A stretch of DNA of 32,000 nucleotides. Source: Nanopusillaceae archaeon (GTDB taxonomy: Archaea > Nanobdellota > Nanobdellia > Nanobdellales > Nanobdellaceae). Both the position numbers and the translations under genes were made by a program. The notes beneath the pieces were generated by a model. The model was not told the origin of the DNA. It did no database searches and saw only the letters and a list, made by a program, of their open reading frames with translations. Location: assembly GCA_049974095.1 (NCBI GenBank), contig JBMFJD010000007.1, positions 1 to 32,000 of the forward strand. The letters are read 5' to 3'. Positions 16,864 through 26,018 of the stretch are shown piece after piece. How positions within the stretch are numbered: the stretch's first letter is position 1; the number at the start of each line of letters is the position of its first letter.

Positions 16864-18603
16864 TTAATCTTCTAACTTTATTTTCTTTTCTTTTACTTCT
16901 TTTATTACATTTTCAATTATATTTGTTAATTCTTTATCTGTTAATAGATTTATTTTTACTGTATCTTTCAACATATTCTTTATTAAATTTTTCGCTTGTT
17001 CATCTTTTCCCTCTTTTAATAAAGCTCTTACTTCTCTTACACTTCTCAATATTTCATAAACATCATTATTTAATTCCTTTTTTATTCTTTCCTTTATTTT
17101 TTCTTCAATATTTTTTTGATCAATATTCAATATTTCTGATAAATTTTCCGAAACTTCAATTCCATATCCATAAAGGTTCTTATATTTATCTCCAATAGTT
17201 TCTAATGCTTTCTTTTTCTTTATATATAATGATAATTCCCTTAATGCATTTTTTATTCCCAATTCTATTTCTTTTACAATTTCATCATATGGCGCAATTG
17301 CTTCTTTTGATTCTGAAGTAAAAGGTAACCATACAGATGCTACATGAACTAATATTGCCATTGGATCCTTTGGGAATTCTCCTTCTACATTAAACCCATA
17401 ATGTTTCCAATTTATGTTCTTTAGAGCATGTGTAATTGCATCTTCTCCAGGTTTATATAATAAAGGAACTCTATTTGCGAATCTATAATATTGAAATTCA
17501 TTAATATTTCCTCCATATGCAATTCCTACTTCTACAATAAATGGTATACCTCTGTATAATGCAGGTCTTCTAGTAATTGCAGACATATATTCAGGATCAA
17601 AAATATTTTCCATACTTTTTAATAATAAATCTCTTCCCAAAGTAACAATATATTTTGAAGGCATTGCTCTCAATCTTGTTTGTTGCAATATCTTATATAA
17701 TTTTTCAACTTCTTCATTAGATAATTCCTTCGGGTCTTTATCAGAATCAATTTTTGCTTTTTTCAATACTTCCAATGCCTTTTCTCTACTAACAGAAGAG
17801 AATGTTTTAGTTAAAAATTCTAATATAGTCTTTTTATCAGTTTCTTTACATAATCTTTCAAAGTAACCAATTTCTATTCCATATGGGTGTGGTTTTGCCT
17901 CTTTCAATTGAGGTATTTCATTAACAATTCTTTTATATACAAATTTCTCTCCTTCAGGATTTTTATACGTTATATTAGCATGAGGATTAATTAGAGCAGT
18001 TAATTTTATATATTCATCAACAGATTGTTTTCCTTTTATATATTGTCCAGCTATTTTTGCCTTTATAATTGTTCCACTTTCTTTTTTGCTTTCTATTTTT
18101 TCCTTTTCTACTACTATTGGAGAATTATTTTTTATATCTATCTTTATTTTATATTTTATTGCATATTCTCTATTTTTTAATTTAGTAATAACCTCTATTG
18201 GATCTCTTGTAGTTAATTGAGCATATAATGTTACTGCAGAAGCTCCAATACCTTGCTTTCCTCTTGTAGATACAAATCTATGAAATTTTGAACCAAACAG
18301 AAAACTACCATATATATCTGGCACTTTATCATATGGAATACCTGGACCATTATCTTCAACGGTAATTTCATATATATCTTCTTCCAATTTTTCAATATTT
18401 ACTTTAACATCTGGTAAAATTCTAAATTCCTCACATGCATCTAGAGAATTATCAACATACTCTTTTACAGATATAAGTAAAGCTTTCCTAGGACTATCAA
18501 ATCCAAGTAAATGTCTGTTTCTTTCAAAGAATTCTGCAATAGAAACTCTTTTAAAATTTTTGTATAATTCCAATTCTTCCTCTATGTTTTCTTCAGCCTT
18601 CAT
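16864..18603 (-). CDS. top6B: DNA topoisomerase VI subunit B (GHKL ATPase)
   Basis: Bergerat-fold motifs EYVDNSLDA, VEDNGPGI and GKQGIGAS. The transducer domain includes the WLPFTSESKEAI region. 26-nt spacer to top6A. Confidence 0.95.
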   Translation of the reverse strand: MKAEENIEEELELYKNFKRVSIAEFFERNRHLLGFDSPRKALLISVKEYVDNSLDACEEFRILPDVKVNIEKLEEDIYEITVEDNGPGIPYDKVPDIYGSFLFGSKFHRFVSTRGKQGIGASAVTLYAQLTTRDPIEVITKLKNREYAIKYKIKIDIKNNSPIVVEKEKIESKKESGTIIKAKIAGQYIKGKQSVDEYIKLTALINPHANITYKNPEGEKFVYKRIVNEIPQLKEAKPHPYGIEIGYFERLCKETDKKTILEFLTKTFSSVSREKALEVLKKAKIDSDKDPKELSNEEVEKLYKILQQTRLRAMPSKYIVTLGRDLLLKSMENIFDPEYMSAITRRPALYRGIPFIVEVGIAYGGNINEFQYYRFANRVPLLYKPGEDAITHALKNINWKHYGFNVEGEFPKDPMAILVHVASVWLPFTSESKEAIAPYDEIVKEIELGIKNALRELSLYIKKKKALETIGDKYKNLYGYGIEVSENLSEILNIDQKNIEEKIKERIKKELNNDVYEILRSVREVRALLKEGKDEQAKNLIKNMLKDTVKINLLTDKELTNIIENVIKEVKEKKIKLED

Positions 18604-18636
18604 TTATTTTTATACTTTTTTATATTTTAAAAATAT

Positions 18637-19158
18637 TTATTTAATATATTTGTTTATTTCATTCTCTTTATTTTCTAAATTTTCTATATATTTATCTAAA
18701 AACTCATATACATGCTCATGTTTTTCTCCTCTTATCAATCTCTTTATCCCTTCATATGCAGCTTTTAATGATATATTATCACCTAAAATATATACATATC
18801 TATCTTTGACAATTATATAAGAATTTGTTCTCATAGATATTTCTTTTAATGCTTTTCCATTTTCTCCAATTAATCTTCCTTTAACTCTTATAATATGATT
18901 TATCTTTTTTTCAAAAATCTGTTTCAAATCAATTTCCATTAAATCCCAATCGTTATATAATATATTCCTCGAAATATTTATATCAAAACCTGCTTTTAAG
19001 CACTTTATAAATTTGTCAAATTTATATAAAAAATAAAAATCTTCTGAATATATAATCATTTTATCTTCTTTTCTATTATATTTTATTCCTTTTTCTTCTA
19101 AGAATTTCTTTAAATCATTATATTTTATTCCTTCAAGATCTATCTCATATGTATACAT
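18637..19158 (-). CDS. KH-domain RNA-binding protein (COG1094, Dim2/Pno1/Krr1-like)
   Basis: KH-type core RVKGRLIGENGKALKEISMRTNSYIIV....VYILGD......A.EGI..LI.G. Size and two-domain layout are typical of archaeal Dim2-like proteins. Confidence 0.72.
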   Translation of the reverse strand: MYTYEIDLEGIKYNDLKKFLEEKGIKYNRKEDKMIIYSEDFYFLYKFDKFIKCLKAGFDINISRNILYNDWDLMEIDLKQIFEKKINHIIRVKGRLIGENGKALKEISMRTNSYIIVKDRYVYILGDNISLKAAYEGIKRLIRGEKHEHVYEFLDKYIENLENKENEINKYIK

Positions 19159-19186
19159 AAAAAATATAATTAAGAAAAATTTTTAA

Positions 19187-20047
19187 TTATATGCTTATTT
19201 CTTTCAATACATCAAGATTTAGTTTTCTTTCAATTTTATGAAATACTTTTGTTTTCAATCCTTCTTCTAAGGTAATTCTACTTGTTTTATAAAATATTCC
19301 AACAGGTATTTTTGCATCATCTCTTAATGTATAATCATATTCTAATGCTCTCTTTAATGCTTCTTCAAAATTATTTGGATTATGTCCAATATCTTCTAAT
19401 TTATACATATGGGATTCATAATAACTTCTTGTATCATGTTGAGCAATACATGGTTGAATAATATCTACAAAAGCAAATCCTTTATGTAATATTGCTTCTT
19501 TCATTATATATTTCAAATGATCCAACCATAATGCATATCCTCTTGCAACAAATGTTGCTCCAGATATCAATGCTAATGCAATTGGATTTAATGGTTTCTC
19601 AAATACTTTTAATCCCAATGATTTTGAGTAATAACCTGTTTCTGTTGTAAATGTATGTTGTGCAGTAGTTAATGCAAATACCTGATTATTATGAACAAAT
19701 AATTTTATATCTGGATTTTCTTTGCATGCTGATATAAAATGCTCTATTCCTTCATTATATGTATCTCCATCTCCTTGGAATGTTATTACCGTTAATTCTG
19801 GATTTGCTAATTTTATTCCTACTGCTAATGTCAATGCTCTTCCATGTAATCCGCTATAAGAACTTAAATTTATATAGTTATGTATCTTTCCTGCACATCC
19901 GATACCAGAAGTATATACTATTTTTCTTCTATCAATCTTATTTTCACTTTCTAATTCTTTAATTACACTCATAAATGCAGTATATATTCCAAAATTTGTA
20001 CAACCTGGGCACCAAGTAATAGGAGCTCCTGTTCTTAAATCTTCCAT
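19187..20047 (-). CDS. 2-oxoacid:ferredoxin oxidoreductase, beta (TPP-binding) subunit
   Basis: N-terminal WCPGCTNFGI, GIGC, HGRALTLAVG and the TPP-binding GDGD...EG. Substrate class (pyruvate, 2-oxoglutarate or other) cannot be read from the sequence. Confidence 0.9.
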   Translation of the reverse strand: MEDLRTGAPITWCPGCTNFGIYTAFMSVIKELESENKIDRRKIVYTSGIGCAGKIHNYINLSSYSGLHGRALTLAVGIKLANPELTVITFQGDGDTYNEGIEHFISACKENPDIKLFVHNNQVFALTTAQHTFTTETGYYSKSLGLKVFEKPLNPIALALISGATFVARGYALWLDHLKYIMKEAILHKGFAFVDIIQPCIAQHDTRSYYESHMYKLEDIGHNPNNFEEALKRALEYDYTLRDDAKIPVGIFYKTSRITLEEGLKTKVFHKIERKLNLDVLKEISI

Positions 20048-20105
20048 TTTTATCTATATAAATTTGAGAAAATAAAAAAATAAATATTAATTAAAAAGTA
20101 GTAAA

Positions 20106-21542
20106 TTATTTAGTAACTCTAATAATTAATCCGTTTGAGTACTTGTTTCTATTCCAGAATAAATATTTATACTTAATATTTACTTTTGGTATTTCTATAT
20201 TTTTATATTCTTTTATATCTTTTATTTCTGCAGTATATGATAGTACAATTTCTTCATTTCTTCTAATATTATCAAATTTCCAATTTATAATATAATTATT
20301 ATGAGATTTATATACAGAGGAGGGTTCTGCAATTTTATATTCTTTTATCTTTAATGGTTCATTTACATATTCTGTTATTGTAACATTTGTTAGTTGAAAT
20401 ATACTTTTATTTTTTATTGTAATTACAATATCAACTACTTCATTCTTTAAATCTACTCTAGATACTTCTTTTGTAATAGTTATATTATCTTTAAATAATA
20501 CATAGAAGATAACAAATGCAACTAATATTGCTAGGATAATTATTCCAATAACAAAATAGTAATTTAATGATTCATAAATTATAAAGCTATTTTTTGGTAA
20601 CAAGAAAATATTATATATAGCATATGTAGATTCATTTACTTTAATTATATAATTTGGTTTTGGATTAAATATAGAAAATATTCCAAAATATTCTTTTAAA
20701 TAATATGTATAATTAATTGGATAGTTATATGGATTAGATATTATTATTTTATACCAATAATTTCCATATGTTACATTTATATTTGGAGTAGTCTCTAATT
20801 TTATTACTGTAAAGTTTAATTCATAGCTTTCATTATTTTCATATACATAAATATAATGCTCTCCTAAAGTTACATTATTTGGTATATAAATTAGCATTTG
20901 ATATATATTTACTCCTGGTTGGGCAATTTCTGTATAATTTTTTTCGAATCCGAAATCTGTGATTAAACTAATAGAAACATTTTCTGAAAAGTTATTTGGA
21001 TTATTTATTATTCCCAATAAATATAAATAACTATTTTGAGTAACTTCTATATTAGATAATTGAAAAGATGATATTAAAGGCAATACCTCTGTTATATTTT
21101 CTTTTGGAATAACTTGATTATAATATATTACTGGAGTAAATTGTATTACAAAAGAATAATATTGGGACGTAATATTTTGATTTTGTAAATATAAAACAAC
21201 TTGTGGTATTTGATTAACTAATGCTAATGGTCTTAAATATATTGTTATATTTAATATTTCTCCAGGATATATATATCCACTTAATTGAGAATTATTTTCT
21301 CCAAAAATAAAATACCATTGAGAAGATAATGGAGAGAAAATATAATAATAATAGTAATTTGTTGGATTATATATTTTAATCAAATATTCTGCATAACTTG
21401 ATGGATTTGTAAGATTTATTTGATTATTAATAGTTTGCGGATATCCAACTATTGGTTGTTCTGTATATACCTTAAAAGCTAAAAACAATAAAAAGAGAAG
21501 AAGAAGCATCCTTTTCCATACCATTAATAATATAATAAACAA
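20106..21542 (-). CDS. predicted surface-exposed membrane-anchored protein, sequon-rich (478 aa; true start probably at Met7 or Met12)
   Basis: Signal-like KRMLLLLFLLFLAF. About 300 aa of Tyr/Asn/Ile-rich ectodomain with roughly 14 N-x-S/T sequons by my count. One TM helix (FVIGIIILAILVAFVIFYVLF). A C-terminal region of about 125 aa with beta-rich character. Confidence 0.6.
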   Translation of the reverse strand: MFIILLMVWKRMLLLLFLLFLAFKVYTEQPIVGYPQTINNQINLTNPSSYAEYLIKIYNPTNYYYYYIFSPLSSQWYFIFGENNSQLSGYIYPGEILNITIYLRPLALVNQIPQVVLYLQNQNITSQYYSFVIQFTPVIYYNQVIPKENITEVLPLISSFQLSNIEVTQNSYLYLLGIINNPNNFSENVSISLITDFGFEKNYTEIAQPGVNIYQMLIYIPNNVTLGEHYIYVYENNESYELNFTVIKLETTPNINVTYGNYWYKIIISNPYNYPINYTYYLKEYFGIFSIFNPKPNYIIKVNESTYAIYNIFLLPKNSFIIYESLNYYFVIGIIILAILVAFVIFYVLFKDNITITKEVSRVDLKNEVVDIVITIKNKSIFQLTNVTITEYVNEPLKIKEYKIAEPSSVYKSHNNYIINWKFDNIRRNEEIVLSYTAEIKDIKEYKNIEIPKVNIKYKYLFWNRNKYSNGLIIRVTK

Positions 21543-21562
21543 AAATTTATAAAAATATAAAT

Positions 21563-22363
21563 TTATAGCAAAAAGGAAATAATTGAAAATATTATTGCTA
21601 TTGCTCCTAAGAAGTAATTTATGATATATATCTTCTCTTTTTTAGCAAACTTTAATAATAAATCTATAGAAAAAATCCCGACTATAAAAGATGTAACTAT
21701 TGCTAATATTAATCCAGATAATGATAATGAACTATAGATTACTGATAATGATTTTCCAGAAAATAAAATAGTTAAAAAGAATGCGCCAAGAGCTGCTGGA
21801 ATATATAATATATAAGAAAAAGAAAATGCATCTTTTGGATCATAATTTAATAATAACATTGTAGAAATTGTCATACCAGATCTACTAACACCAGGAAGAG
21901 CAGCTAATCCTTGTGCAATTCCAATAATTAATATATCTCTTAATCTTAAATCTTTTCTTTCTTTCATTTTTATTTTATTTCTACTATAATATATGTATAT
22001 TCCATCTGCTATTAATATAATTCCTAGTATTAACATTGGTAATCCTAGATTATAAGTACCTTCCAATAATATTTTTGAAATAAAATATAGAGGAGCTCCA
22101 ACAAGACCTGTAACTAATATAGCAATTATTATATAAGACAACATCTTAATATCTTTGAATATATCTATTATTTCTGGTAAGAAATATATAAAAGCAGCAA
22201 AAATTGTACCAATTTCCATAAATAAGCCAAAAGTATATGCAATCGATAGATTTATTTTTAATAAAAATAATGAAGATAACATTATCTGTGTTTTGCTACT
22301 TATAGGTAACCATTCTGTTATTCCTTGTATAACACCTAGTATAATTGGATAAATATCCATCAT
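21563..22363 (-). CDS. uppP: undecaprenyl/dolichyl-diphosphate phosphatase (UppP/BacA family)
   Basis: GITEWLPISSKTQ near the N-terminus and PGVSRSGMTIS in the second half, in a polytopic membrane protein of 266 aa. Confidence 0.88.
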   Translation of the reverse strand: MMDIYPIILGVIQGITEWLPISSKTQIMLSSLFLLKINLSIAYTFGLFMEIGTIFAAFIYFLPEIIDIFKDIKMLSYIIIAILVTGLVGAPLYFISKILLEGTYNLGLPMLILGIILIADGIYIYYSRNKIKMKERKDLRLRDILIIGIAQGLAALPGVSRSGMTISTMLLLNYDPKDAFSFSYILYIPAALGAFFLTILFSGKSLSVIYSSLSLSGLILAIVTSFIVGIFSIDLLLKFAKKEKIYIINYFLGAIAIIFSIISFLL

Positions 22364-22410
22364 ATTTTCTTTTTATTAATTTTTTTAAATATTTTCAAGA
22401 ATTTCTTCTA

Positions 22411-23193
22411 ATGAAGAATGAAATTCTATCATTTAGTATGTATATAATATCTTCAGTCTTTTTATATTATATTTATCTTTATTTTATTCCTTTTATGTCA
22501 TATGCTTTTTCTTTTATTTTTCTAAATAAAGAGGAGATTCTTCTATATATATTTACAATTCTATTTACTATTTTATTTATTTTGGGATCCTATTTTTCAA
22601 GAGAAGTAGAAAGGAAGGAAATATATATACTTTTAGGAATTTTTTATCTTTTGCTTGGCTTTGTATTATTTAAAAATATATTCAATATATATTTAACATT
22701 TTCAATTTTCTTTATTTTAAAATATTTTAAGTACGAACATAGTTTTCTATCAAGTATTCTTTATTTTATTATAATTTATTTTATTGTTCTATACAATCCT
22801 ATATTAGTTTCCCCTTTAAAGGATGCAATATATCAAAGCGTAGAAAAAACAATAACTTCCAATTTAAAAAATTTGATGATGGGAGCACAATATCAGTTAA
22901 GTAATATATATATGTCTGGATATTATGAAGCAGAAAATATTTTATATAATAATAATGATTTAGAAGGATTAAGTATATTATTAAAAAATCAGGATAATGT
23001 TAATCAAACATTTATACAATATTCTACTCAAGCTGTAGATGAATATATAAATTATTATAATGAAACAATAGAAAAATATGTAGATAATATTGTAAATTCT
23101 ATGTTTCCAGAATTTTCATTAATTTTATCTATTGCCTTCTTTGAGATATTTGCTATATTTATGAATATAAATAAGAAGACAGAAGGTTTATAA
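22411..23193 (+). CDS. hypothetical polytopic membrane protein (start moved to the ATG at 22411)
   Basis: Long ORF with about five N-terminal TM segments followed by a soluble Asn/Tyr-rich tail. The track start at 22345 would overlap the divergent uppP start, so the internal Met (MKNEILSF) is more plausible. Confidence 0.55.
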   Translation: MKNEILSFSMYIISSVFLYYIYLYFIPFMSYAFSFIFLNKEEILLYIFTILFTILFILGSYFSREVERKEIYILLGIFYLLLGFVLFKNIFNIYLTFSIFFILKYFKYEHSFLSSILYFIIIYFIVLYNPILVSPLKDAIYQSVEKTITSNLKNLMMGAQYQLSNIYMSGYYEAENILYNNNDLEGLSILLKNQDNVNQTFIQYSTQAVDEYINYYNETIEKYVDNIVNSMFPEFSLILSIAFFEIFAIFMNINKKTEGL

Positions 23194-23221
23194 AAGTTTC
23201 TATATAAATATATGCTTTTAT

Positions 23222-23536
23222 ATGAAATTCTGTCCAAAATGTGGAGCATTAATGAAAAAAGAAGGGGATTATTTAGTCTGTCCAAAATGTGGATATAAAG
23301 AGAAAATAAAAGACGATAATATTGCTGTATTTAATGAAAAAGTAAATAAGTCATCTGAGATAACTGTAATAGAACAAGAATATAAGCTATATCCAATAGA
23401 TAATGAAATAGTCTGTCCAAAATGTGGTCAAAAGGGAGCATATTTCTGGTCCATACAAACAAGAGCTGGAGACGAAGGAGAAACAAAGTTTTATAGATGT
23501 ATACACTGCGGATATACTTGGAGAGTATATGATTAA
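23222..23536 (+). CDS. tfs: transcription factor S (TFIIS/RpoM-like cleavage factor)
   Basis: N-terminal zinc ribbon (FCPKCG...CPKCG). C-terminal TFIIS ribbon (CPKCG....F.S.QTRAGDEGETKFYRC..CGYTW) with the acidic hairpin. Confidence 0.92.
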   Translation: MKFCPKCGALMKKEGDYLVCPKCGYKEKIKDDNIAVFNEKVNKSSEITVIEQEYKLYPIDNEIVCPKCGQKGAYFWSIQTRAGDEGETKFYRCIHCGYTWRVYD

Positions 23537-24038
23537 AAAAATAAAAGAATTCTTTGTATATACTTTTTTTGGTAATGATATTTTAAGTGATATTTTGTTT
23601 ATTTTATTCTCTATATTTATTTATATAATTTTATATTTCATTTATCCACCATTGTTTTCAGTAATTGTATCTCCGAGCATGGAACATTCTTATTTTTCTA
23701 TTTCTAAATATTCGCAATATAATATTACTTTAAATCAATTTTATTCTTTTCCTTATCCAAATGGGTTATATGTTGGAGATGTTATAATAATTTTTCCAAT
23801 AAATCAAAATTACTTAAGAATTGGAGATGTTATATTATATAAAGGAATAAATATATTTAGAAATGAAGATATTTTTCATAGAATTATTGGTTATAATAAT
23901 ACAAACTTTATAATTATGGGAGATAATAACCCTGGGCCTATAATTTTTGAAGATGAAGAAGATATGCCTCCAGATAGAATTTTAGGGATAGGTATATTAA
24001 GAATTCCATTCTTAGGATATATTAAGCTTCTTATTTAA
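23529..24038 (+). CDS. archaeal type I signal peptidase (Sec11/S26B-like); start moved to the ATG at 23529
   Basis: N-terminal TM, then the catalytic-region motifs VSPSMEHS, IFHRIIGY and MGDNNPGP. The track ORF start (23424) lies in another frame inside tfs. The ATG at 23529 overlaps the tfs stop by 8 nt. Confidence 0.75.
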   Translation: MIKKIKEFFVYTFFGNDILSDILFILFSIFIYIILYFIYPPLFSVIVSPSMEHSYFSISKYSQYNITLNQFYSFPYPNGLYVGDVIIIFPINQNYLRIGDVILYKGINIFRNEDIFHRIIGYNNTNFIIMGDNNPGPIIFEDEEDMPPDRILGIGILRIPFLGYIKLLI

Positions 24039-25109
24039 TTTATAAAACAAATCTTTTATCTCATAATATGAATCTTTTTTAGATAAATTTCTATTTAATA
24101 TACCAAATTTAGCATTATATCCATAATCCCATTCATAATTATCCATTAAACTCCAAATAAAGTATCCCTTTATATTATATTTTTTTCTATTTTTTACGAA
24201 AAAATAGAGATATCTTTTAATTAATCTAACTCTTAAATATTCATCTTCTGTATTAATACCATTTTCAGTTATAAAAACTGGTTTGTCTAAAATATCTAAT
24301 ACTTTCTTTAGCATACTAACATTAAATTTTGCCTTTCTTTTCTCACTTTTTTCTTCATTTTCATATATTCCATAGTAATTTATACCATAAAAATCCGCTT
24401 CTTCTGGAAATATTAACCTTATATTATTTAATATAAATGCTTTGAATAAGGAAAAAAGTGGTAATTTTACAAATGATAGATTTTCTGTGTATATTAAATA
24501 TACATCTTTTTCTTTTGCAATTTTGTATATTTCTTTATTAGCTTTCATTATATTATTTAATACATTTAAAGCAACAGAAAGATCGCTAATTGATTTTATC
24601 TTTTTAAATGGAGGCCATTTTCCTGATATATATGAAGAAAGGATATATACCCATGGTTCATTAAATGAGATAAAATATTTAACACCTATAGAAGAAAAAT
24701 TATTTATTATTGTTTCTGAAAAATCTATAAAATAATATATGTTTTCTTCATTTTCCCATCCCCCCAAATTAAAAAACCATAATGGATTTACATAATGCCA
24801 CAATGTTATAAAAGGTTCTATATTATTATCAATTAATTTTTTTGTAAATATCATATATCTTTTTAGATTCTTATAATTAATTTTATCTTTTTCTGGATAA
24901 ATCCTAGCCCAATCTACAGAAAATCTAAATGAATTTACATTTAAGTCTTTTAATATAGGAATTATTTCCTCATATTTTTCCCATAATTCATTTGCATTTT
25001 CAATTTCTGGTAATTTTTTATTTTTTATAAAATAATACCAATCCTGGCTATCATAATATCCTTCCGTTTGAAATGATGAAATGGAGAAACCTAGATAGAA
25101 TTCAACCAT
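24012..25109 (-). CDS. glycoside hydrolase family 1 (beta-glucosidase/beta-glycosidase-like), compact 365-aa form
   Basis: N-terminal F.LGFSISSFQTEG, acid/base SFNEPW, nucleophile FITENG, and C-terminal WSLMDNYEWDYGY. Confidence 0.85.
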   Translation of the reverse strand: MVEFYLGFSISSFQTEGYYDSQDWYYFIKNKKLPEIENANELWEKYEEIIPILKDLNVNSFRFSVDWARIYPEKDKINYKNLKRYMIFTKKLIDNNIEPFITLWHYVNPLWFFNLGGWENEENIYYFIDFSETIINNFSSIGVKYFISFNEPWVYILSSYISGKWPPFKKIKSISDLSVALNVLNNIMKANKEIYKIAKEKDVYLIYTENLSFVKLPLFSLFKAFILNNIRLIFPEEADFYGINYYGIYENEEKSEKRKAKFNVSMLKKVLDILDKPVFITENGINTEDEYLRVRLIKRYLYFFVKNRKKYNIKGYFIWSLMDNYEWDYGYNAKFGILNRNLSKKDSYYEIKDLFYKLNKKLNIS

Positions 25110-25983
25110 AATTTTTTAATAGTATTTTTATACCATTAAATATTACTTTTATATTATAACCCCCTTCTAGAACAAAAATAACTTTATTGTGTTTTTTTAA
25201 ATAATCAAAAACAAATTCATATGATTTTAATGTAATATTAAAGACAGATAATGGATCTTCTTTATGCATATCAAAACCTAAAGAAACAAAAATAATTTCT
25301 GGATTTATATTTTCAATTAAAGGAATAATCTTTTCTTTAAATAAATTTATATATTCATTATCTGAAATTCCAGGATTCAAAGGAAAATTAAAATAATTAT
25401 TTCCAGATTCTAAACCTGAAAAAGGATAAATATTTTTTGCATGAGTAGAAATATAATATATATTTCTTTTATTTTCAATTATTTCTTGAGTTCCGTTACC
25501 ATGATGAATATCTATATCCAATATTAATACATTTTTATATTTTTTTCTAGCATAAATTGCCCCAACTGCTACATTATTAAATATACAAAACCCTCTAGTA
25601 AAATTTACAATTCCATTTTTCCCAGAATGATGACCTGGTGGTCTTGTAGGAATAAAAATATATTTTTCATTTCTTTCAATACTTTCTAATACTCCTTCAA
25701 TAGATTTTAATATAGAAAAAAATGATAATGGAGAAATGTATGTATCTTCGTCAATATAAAGAATTTTATTATTCTTATAAGAATATTTCCATACCCTTTT
25801 TATTTCCCTAATATATTTCCATGTATGTGCTAAATGAATATATCTAAATATATCTTTTCTAACTTTTCCTATTTTTTCATAATTTTTTCTAATTACTTTT
25901 TCAATTATTTTTACCCTTTTATTGTTTTCAATATGACTTTTGCTATTATGATATCTCAAATATCTTGAATATAGTATTAACAT
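25102..25983 (-). CDS. histone-deacetylase-family (arginase/deacetylase fold) Zn-dependent deacetylase, AcuC/APAH-like
   Basis: RPPGHHSG, GFCIFNNVAV, DIDIHHGNGTQEI, GFDMHKEDPLS and LEGGYN. Its TGA overlaps the GH1 ATG (minus-strand ATGGTTGA). Confidence 0.85.
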   Translation of the reverse strand: MLILYSRYLRYHNSKSHIENNKRVKIIEKVIRKNYEKIGKVRKDIFRYIHLAHTWKYIREIKRVWKYSYKNNKILYIDEDTYISPLSFFSILKSIEGVLESIERNEKYIFIPTRPPGHHSGKNGIVNFTRGFCIFNNVAVGAIYARKKYKNVLILDIDIHHGNGTQEIIENKRNIYYISTHAKNIYPFSGLESGNNYFNFPLNPGISDNEYINLFKEKIIPLIENINPEIIFVSLGFDMHKEDPLSVFNITLKSYEFVFDYLKKHNKVIFVLEGGYNIKVIFNGIKILLKNYG

Positions 25984-26018
25984 AATAATTTATTGAATTT
26001 AATATTAAAATTTATTTT

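Noticed and set aside
22345-22410. Track start of the membrane ORF overlapping the divergent uppP start codon.
   Set aside because: A head-to-head coding overlap of 19 nt is unlikely. An in-frame ATG at 22411 begins directly with the first hydrophobic segment.
23424-23528. N-terminal 35-codon extension of the signal-peptidase ORF overlapping tfs in another frame.
   Set aside because: The extension has no TM or signal-peptidase features and lies inside the conserved TFS zinc ribbon. The ATG at 23529 gives the expected N-terminal TM anchor, so I moved the start.
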